From a bacterium (GTDB lineage: Archaea > Nanobdellota > Nanobdellia > SCGC-AAA011-G17 > GW2011-AR17): 53,456 nucleotides of DNA. Positions 49,101 to 53,456 of this stretch are shown here, in pieces (the first letter of the stretch is position 1; every line of letters starts with the position of its first letter). The position numbers were made by a program, and so were the translations under genes. The notes under the pieces are model-generated. The model saw nothing but the letters and a program-made list of their open reading frames with translations, was not told the DNA's origin and did no database searches. The DNA lies in NCBI GenBank assembly GCA_030697685.1, contig JAUYPF010000035.1:1-53456 (forward strand), given 5' to 3'.

Positions 49101-49350
49101 TCATTATTATAGTGCAACAACAGAAGGCTTTTCCTATTTTGTGATTAAAGGAGAAAAAGCAATGATTGCAACAGAAAATATCACTGCAATAGAAGAGCAA
49201 ATTCAAGCACAACAGAAAGCAGAAATAGCCCTCAAAAAAACAAACATACTCAAAGTTTTAATTATAGGGATAGGAAGTATTCTCCTCTTAATCCTTGGTA
49301 TTATTTTCCTTGTCTGGTATGAAAGAAGAAAAGAACAACAGAACCTTTAA
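46192..49350 (+). CDS. Membrane-anchored S8 subtilase with Ig-like repeats and a PGF-pre-PGF-like domain
   Basis: Signal peptide, IDTG, HGTH, GTSMSAPH, many NxS/T sequons, Gly linker, YSATTEGFSYFVI, C-terminal TM helix. Confidence 0.93.
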   Translation: MRKKIGIIIVLCILLLSQINSEDTIIEPEVLNTLENNNEVQVIVELKEPLQELSILKQLSTADVELNHFSGNSYAAKVNEEELQELINDPNVKSIQQDEIFHILLADTVPLINASIIHSRQNGTTNMTGLGQSVCVIDTGINTTHPGLAGRIVAQKCFCAVSDAGSGGCCPGNVAENSTAATDDQGHGTHISGIAAGNGSGITGVAPEASIIAVKVADAAGDALFSDITSAVNWCTSNASKYNISVISISLGGGSYATSCDSSYTSLSSEINTAWNNNVSVVVASGNSGFTTNMTAPACINKTISVSSTTKADAISSFSNRNALTDLFAPGSSINSTNLSSITKVSSGTSMSAPHVAGVVLLMQQYKETVERRNLTVSEINMTLATNGTSIDDNAGSGRTFIRVDAKKAVTAGDTLFPQIENPNTTSTTLFIYSNITFIANVTDVNRETVWIEGNWSGSRVNYTITNKVGDQYNYSLHNNSFTAGQVFHWRIHANDSNNNENITSWFTITILTGAPRITLHNPNNLTNTNNLSNTFNFTAIEDVSGNFNCSIYINSIKNQTSTTVSNNTLTEFRQNLTEGTHLWNIACTDSHNLIGNSSLRTLILDTTSPTFNAEGYTSLVELGDNQSYSINLTELYLNYANFSYIGVNYTLTNSSTNFSRVWRTFQNGTNLFTIYALDTARNLNTTTGNFTVNDTITGPRILNTLYSSSITQNTTQNITVWVLNNFPLSAILINPNGSNYSMANNTAYNFTFAFTATTCGSQSFKIFSNDTANAGVTNTTSYTVTGCCGDSSCSSGESCSTCAADCGACSTSSSTTTGAGGGGGGGGTTPTTKSLAPSAVIEAPKIITETFAAASPDTGIQIELVSENIPISMVDITLNSALENVEVTIEALDARPTEIESPDGVIYQYLKFTTVNLENTAIDSAKLEFYVPNIWFLENAVNEKTIQLLRYNEEWQELPTEYLRLENANHYYSATTEGFSYFVIKGEKAMIATENITAIEEQIQAQQKAEIALKKTNILKVLIIGIGSILLLILGIIFLVWYERRKEQQNL

Positions 49351-49375
49351 ATAGAAAAAGAGAAAAAAGAAATAC

Positions 49376-50230
49376 ATGGAATTTATTGGTGGACAAGCAG
49401 TTATCGAAGGAGTTCTTATGAAATCTGGCTCGAGGGTAGCAATTGCAGTTCGTGACCAAGAAGGAAAAATAAAAATAAAAGAAGAAAAGCACACAAGTAT
49501 AACCAAAAAATACAAAAATCTAAACATCCCATTTGTTCGTGGTCCTATTATTCTTTTTGAAACAACCATTCTTGGTCTCAAAGCCTTAAATTATTCTGCA
49601 AACATGAATCTTGGTGACCAGAAAGAAGAAAAATTTGGCACAGTAACTCTTATTGCAACAGTTCTTTTTTCTTTACTGTTTGCACTTGCTTTATTCAAAT
49701 TATTACCTCTGGGGATTGCACAAATAACAGCAAACAATTTTGCAAGCTTTGAAAATAGATATTTATTCAATCTTCTTGAAGGCCTAACAAAAATAACAAT
49801 TTTAATTTTGTATATTTACTTGATTTCTCTCATGCCAGACATTCGAAGAACATTTCAATATCATGGAGCAGAACATAAAGTAGTAAATGCTTATGAAAAT
49901 AATGATCTCAAAAATGCAAAGAAATACTCTCGCATCCATGTACGTTGTGGCACAAGTTTTATTCTTTTTGTTTTTGCATTAAGTATTATAGTCTATTTAT
50001 TCCTCCCAATAGATATTAGTTTTCTCAGTAAATATGGATTAAGATTATTATTACTTCCAGTAATTGCCGGAATAGGCTACGAGCTAATTCGTATCAGTCC
50101 AAAATGGGAGAAAAATATCTTCTTTAAAATAATCATGACCCCTGGTTTATTATTACAAAGATTAACGACAAGAGAACCAAATGAAGAACAATTAGAAGTT
50201 GCAAAAGCTGCTTTAAATGCAGTAAAGTAA
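49376..50230 (+). CDS. DUF1385 family membrane protein
   Basis: GGQAVIEGV, FQYHGAEHK, HVRCGTSF, LQRLTTREP. Confidence 0.92.
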   Translation: MEFIGGQAVIEGVLMKSGSRVAIAVRDQEGKIKIKEEKHTSITKKYKNLNIPFVRGPIILFETTILGLKALNYSANMNLGDQKEEKFGTVTLIATVLFSLLFALALFKLLPLGIAQITANNFASFENRYLFNLLEGLTKITILILYIYLISLMPDIRRTFQYHGAEHKVVNAYENNDLKNAKKYSRIHVRCGTSFILFVFALSIIVYLFLPIDISFLSKYGLRLLLLPVIAGIGYELIRISPKWEKNIFFKIIMTPGLLLQRLTTREPNEEQLEVAKAALNAVK

Positions 50231-50232
50231 TC

Positions 50233-50835
50233 TTAAGTAGAATTTCTTTGTAAACAAGATTCTAAATGCCTATAAATGGGAACAACTTCTGAATGGAGAT
50301 AAGCAGGGAACTTTAATCGTAAACAAATTTTTCCCAAAGAAAGTGCTTTTTCTTCTTTTGTTCCGACATGAAAAGCTTCCCAAGCGTCATGCAATGTTTC
50401 TGCTTCAATAAGATAGCCTTGCATTCTTTGTACAAGATCAGAAGTATTATCCTTCCTCACAGGGTGATGAATAGAGTGAAGTAACTGAAAAGCATCAAAA
50501 TCTTCCTCTTGTTCGTCTCCATCTCGTAAAGGTTCATATCCAGAAATAAAATCTTTTTTTACTGCAGCAAAATCCAATCCAAAAGAAACAATCCCATAAG
50601 AGATAGAATTTCCTTGATCAAGGCCATAGCAAAGGTCATAGCCGGCAGCAAGATGCGCAAGCTGTGTTGCAACACGAACTTCTCTCTCATCAACATCTTT
50701 TTTAAGAAGAATCCAAATAACTCTATCTCGAAGATCAAAATATTCAAAACTCTTGCAACGAGAATAATTTTTATATGCTAAAGCTGAATGCGATGCTTCT
50801 ATGAGGAGAGAATCTCTATCTTTTTCGAAAAACAT
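50233..50835 (-). CDS. Hypothetical protein
   Basis: 200-aa ORF; no motif recognised. Confidence 0.6.
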   Translation of the reverse strand: MFFEKDRDSLLIEASHSALAYKNYSRCKSFEYFDLRDRVIWILLKKDVDEREVRVATQLAHLAAGYDLCYGLDQGNSISYGIVSFGLDFAAVKKDFISGYEPLRDGDEQEEDFDAFQLLHSIHHPVRKDNTSDLVQRMQGYLIEAETLHDAWEAFHVGTKEEKALSLGKICLRLKFPAYLHSEVVPIYRHLESCLQRNST

Positions 50836-50883
50836 TTAGATTTTGGAGGAAGAATCCTATTTAAAGCTATGGTTGAAATTTTT

Positions 50884-51681
50884 TTAAAATGGTTTGCATA
50901 CTCCATAAAAATCACACTGTCCAGTTCTCCATTTACATAAAGGTGTAATATTCTTTTTATATTCTTCTTTCTTTTCACATGTACTTGTATGCGCATGTAT
51001 AGAAGATATTGCTACCTTTGCTCTCTGAAGAAATGGCTGATCTACAGGTAATAAATAAAGTTTATCTTTGAGAAAAAAAACTCCAACCTTATCTGGAGTC
51101 TTGCCATGCTTTTCTTGATACAAGAGAGAATAAATTCCTAACTGCAATTTTATACTATCTTTTATATCAGAATTAGCATTAGTTTTGTAATCAATTATAT
51201 GCACCTCTTCTCCTTCAGAACGAATTGCATCAATAAATCCTCGCACAGAAAGAGTATCAGAGCTATATTCTGCTTCAGTAATAGGTTTAATTTTTGTAAA
51301 AGTTTCTTCAATACCTTCAGAGAATTTTTCTTTAAAATCCTTGAGAAAAAAATTACACCAGTTCATCAGCATAATCAAAGTTTCTTCAAAATATCCGGCT
51401 AATTCTTTTTGTGGCAACTGTAAAGCAAACAATTCTTCTTTATACTCGTCCCATTGTTCTAAGAATAATTTTTGTATAGCTACTTTGAAATCTTTTTCAT
51501 AATTTGTAAAAGAAGAAACATCCAAATCATAAAAATGTTCTAAAGTAGAATGTGCAATATTTCCTCGTACCAAGTGAATACTTCCTTTCGTAGGCAGTTT
51601 TTCAATATACTGATAATAATATTTTCTATTACATTGAAAAAATGTATTAATAGACGATGGAGACTCAACTCTTTTTGGCAT
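50884..51681 (-). CDS. Stand-alone RecB/Cas4-like PD-(D/E)XK exonuclease with probable Fe-S cysteines
   Basis: SPS...C..KYYY, GFIDAI, IIDYKT, QLGIYS, C-terminal CKW...CDFYGVC. Confidence 0.88.
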   Translation of the reverse strand: MPKRVESPSSINTFFQCNRKYYYQYIEKLPTKGSIHLVRGNIAHSTLEHFYDLDVSSFTNYEKDFKVAIQKLFLEQWDEYKEELFALQLPQKELAGYFEETLIMLMNWCNFFLKDFKEKFSEGIEETFTKIKPITEAEYSSDTLSVRGFIDAIRSEGEEVHIIDYKTNANSDIKDSIKLQLGIYSLLYQEKHGKTPDKVGVFFLKDKLYLLPVDQPFLQRAKVAISSIHAHTSTCEKKEEYKKNITPLCKWRTGQCDFYGVCKPF

Positions 51682-51718
51682 CTATCCTTGTGATAAAAAA
51701 GAATTTAAAAAGATTTAG

Positions 51719-52081
51719 TTACTTAGGAACAAATTCAACACCAGGAAGAGACTTAAACTCTTTATCTCCAGTAACAAAAGGAATTCCCTGCTCACGTGCA
51801 AACATATAGCCAACTGCATCAAAAAAAGAAATGTTATGCTTTGCATACCTTTGTTTAAACTGTATTGCAGATAAAAAAATGGCTAAAGAACAAGAACTGC
51901 TATAACTTTGAAATTGCTCTACCCAATAAAGAGCTGTTTGTTTGTTAAATTCCCGAAGAAGCACACCGTAGAATTCTGCAAGAGTAAGTTCTGGAATAAT
52001 AAAATCTTTTTCGAAATAATTTTTATATTTTTCATTTCCAGTAACATATTCCCATAAAACATAAGTATCTAAACATTTCAT
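51719..52081 (-). CDS. vapC: PIN-domain VapC toxin
   Basis: LDTY, LAE, ISFFDA, VTGDKEF. Confidence 0.9.
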   Translation of the reverse strand: MKCLDTYVLWEYVTGNEKYKNYFEKDFIIPELTLAEFYGVLLREFNKQTALYWVEQFQSYSSSCSLAIFLSAIQFKQRYAKHNISFFDAVGYMFAREQGIPFVTGDKEFKSLPGVEFVPK

Positions 52082-52308
52082 AGCCACTTGCTCTCCTTAA
52101 AGTCTTTTCTAAATTCCTTAAGTACTTGATCAGCAGATTTTTTTGATTGTAGTTTTCCAAAAAGATCCTTTACAGCTGTGTGCTTCCTCTCAACTGTAAT
52201 AATAAGCTCTTCTCCAGGTTTTATATGCTCTGTTTGGACAAGTTCAGAAGGGAGAATCACACCTAAAGAATTTCCCCATTTCTTTGCTGTTACGAGAGCT
52301 TCTTCCAT
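52078..52308 (-). CDS. vapB: AbrB/MazE-type antitoxin
   Basis: TAKKWGNSLGVILP; ATG 52308 (in-frame alternative at 52353). Confidence 0.88.
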   Translation of the reverse strand: MEEALVTAKKWGNSLGVILPSELVQTEHIKPGEELIITVERKHTAVKDLFGKLQSKKSADQVLKEFRKDFKESKWL

Positions 52309-52394
52309 AGTATAACTATCAAGTATAACTTCCTTAAGTACTTTGTGTTCCATAGATCCATTAGGATTATTGAATTAATAAAAACTTCTGAGAA

Positions 52395-52416
52395 AAATCC
52401 GGAAGATTTCCGCTTT
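52395..52416 (-). promoter_or_regulatory. Quasi-palindromic operator-like site, copy 3
   Basis: Minus strand AAAGCGGAAATCTTCCGGATTT, 12 nt upstream of TTTATTAA (52382-52375). Confidence 0.5.
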
Positions 52417-52933
52417 ATTCTGATGCACTTTCTAATTTTTGTTCTATGGTGTTGTAAACTCTTGCACGATTATATCTTTGTACCATTATACAACCAACGT
52501 TTACAGCAGTGGATCCAACACCTAAAGTAGAAAAAAGTAGGTTATCATCAATAAAATTATCTATAGTTCAAATACCTGAGTATAATCCAAAAAAAAGATG
52601 AAATACTTCATTGAATCTCGTTCCTTTTTCAAATTTTTTTAATGCATTAACTGACCTATCATTCTGGCCAACAAAATAATTACTTGCATCTCTATTTGCT
52701 CCAATTTTTCTGCTAAAACTTCCAAACGTACCCATTATTACTTTTTTTAAATATCTTACACCTAAAGCTTCATATAATCTTCCCCTTCTTTCAAAAGATT
52801 GAGGTTCAAAATACACATCAGATATCTTTTGTACTAGACTTTTTGGTTTATTGACTTCTAACAAGTATAGTTCTCTCTCTAATGGAGACATATTTCTTAC
52901 TCCAGCAATTATGGGAAGATTTTTGGTTTTCAT
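52415..52933 (-). pseudogene. CrtO-like (glycosyl-diaponeurosporenoate acyltransferase family) membrane protein gene with an in-frame TGA at 52570-52568
   Basis: FERRGRLYEALGVR...TRFNEVFH before the TGA; the same frame continues to the family motif IMVQRYNRAR and ends at TAA 52417-52415. Confidence 0.75.
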
Positions 52934-52934
52934 T

Positions 52935-53456
52935 TTACTCAGGATTAAAAATCTCATCTAGTGACTCTAAAACAACACGAGACTCGGAATACTTTTCACC
53001 TTGTTCAATTGCAAGTCTATATGCTTCTTCAAGAGATTTTTTAATAAGTCTAGGATCTTCAGCTTGATAAAAAGGATTAGAAGGATCACAAACATAAACC
53101 TCTGAAAGAAAATTAAATCTTGTACAACCAAGACCAGAATAAACCCAAACTGATGTACAAGAGCCATCGCTGTTACATCCAAATCCAAAAGTACGTTTAG
53201 CATCACTAATACTATCAATCTCTATACCCTCTCTATCGTTTATAATAACCCGTGCTTCTAAAGATGGAGAAACATAAGAATACACTTCAGTAGTAAAGAC
53301 ATCTTTAAGCATATCAATAATCTCTCCTTTTTCTTCATAGGTACAACTTAGGGAATCGTTATGTCGTTGGCATAAATCACTAATAAATTGATTACAAGCC
53401 AACAAAGAAACTCCACTACCAATTAGAAAAGATGGAATAGATAAATATTTTAGAAG
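52935..53456 (-). CDS. Putative lipoprotein, 5' end outside the window
   Basis: Frame open to the window end: LLKYLSIPSFLIGSGVSLLAC lipobox-like, Cys-rich body. Confidence 0.6.
   Translation of the reverse strand, partial: LLKYLSIPSFLIGSGVSLLACNQFISDLCQRHNDSLSCTYEEKGEIIDMLKDVFTTEVYSYVSPSLEARVIINDREGIEIDSISDAKRTFGFGCNSDGSCTSVWVYSGLGCTRFNFLSEVYVCDPSNPFYQAEDPRLIKKSLEEAYRLAIEQGEKYSESRVVLESLDEIFNPE

Noticed and set aside
50884-51681. CRISPR-Cas locus (Cas4)
   Set aside because: No repeat-spacer array or other cas genes seen; stand-alone RecB/Cas4-like nucleases are common in archaea
52568-52570. Alternative genetic code (TGA reassigned) or selenocysteine
   Set aside because: Many well-supported genes here end in TGA, and there is no Cys-like catalytic context or evident SECIS

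Overview
AT-rich archaeal chromosome segment, most consistent with a DPANN lineage (Woesearchaeota-like). Basis: archaeal 16S/23S sequence, BRE/TATA promoters with leaderless starts, Hjc, NAC, Sec61beta, eL41 and a single-fold histone. Core content: tRNA-Glu, a 16S-tRNA-Ala-23S operon with no 5S, RNase P RNA, tRNA-iMet, MinD, ScpA, PepF, a subtilase, three toxin-antitoxin pairs and a sugar-modification cluster. Most notable: (1) a tightly coupled five-gene operon at 1664-10247 beside tRNA-Glu, encoding a coiled-coil/wHTH protein, an unknown protein, a SNF2 ATPase fused to a small-molecule-type SAM methyltransferase, another unknown protein, and an AAG/MPG DNA-glycosylase-like protein lacking the catalytic Glu; this is the best candidate for an undescribed DNA-damage or defence system; (2) a 39-aa N-terminal peptide shared, with mostly synonymous divergence, by a methyltransferase and a class I isoprenoid-synthase-fold protein; (3) a Fic gene bracketed by two direct copies of a 9-17-9 bp palindrome; (4) a quasi-palindrome 12-13 nt upstream of the TATA box of both vapBC loci and a nuclease gene; (5) two tRNAs with non-canonical BHB introns (59/60 and 15/16), the latter followed by a free-standing LAGLIDADG gene; (6) a GNAT-HDAC-GNAT cluster; (7) unusual 23S peptidyl-transferase/tunnel bases. 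All family assignments come from motif recognition by eye; no searches were run.
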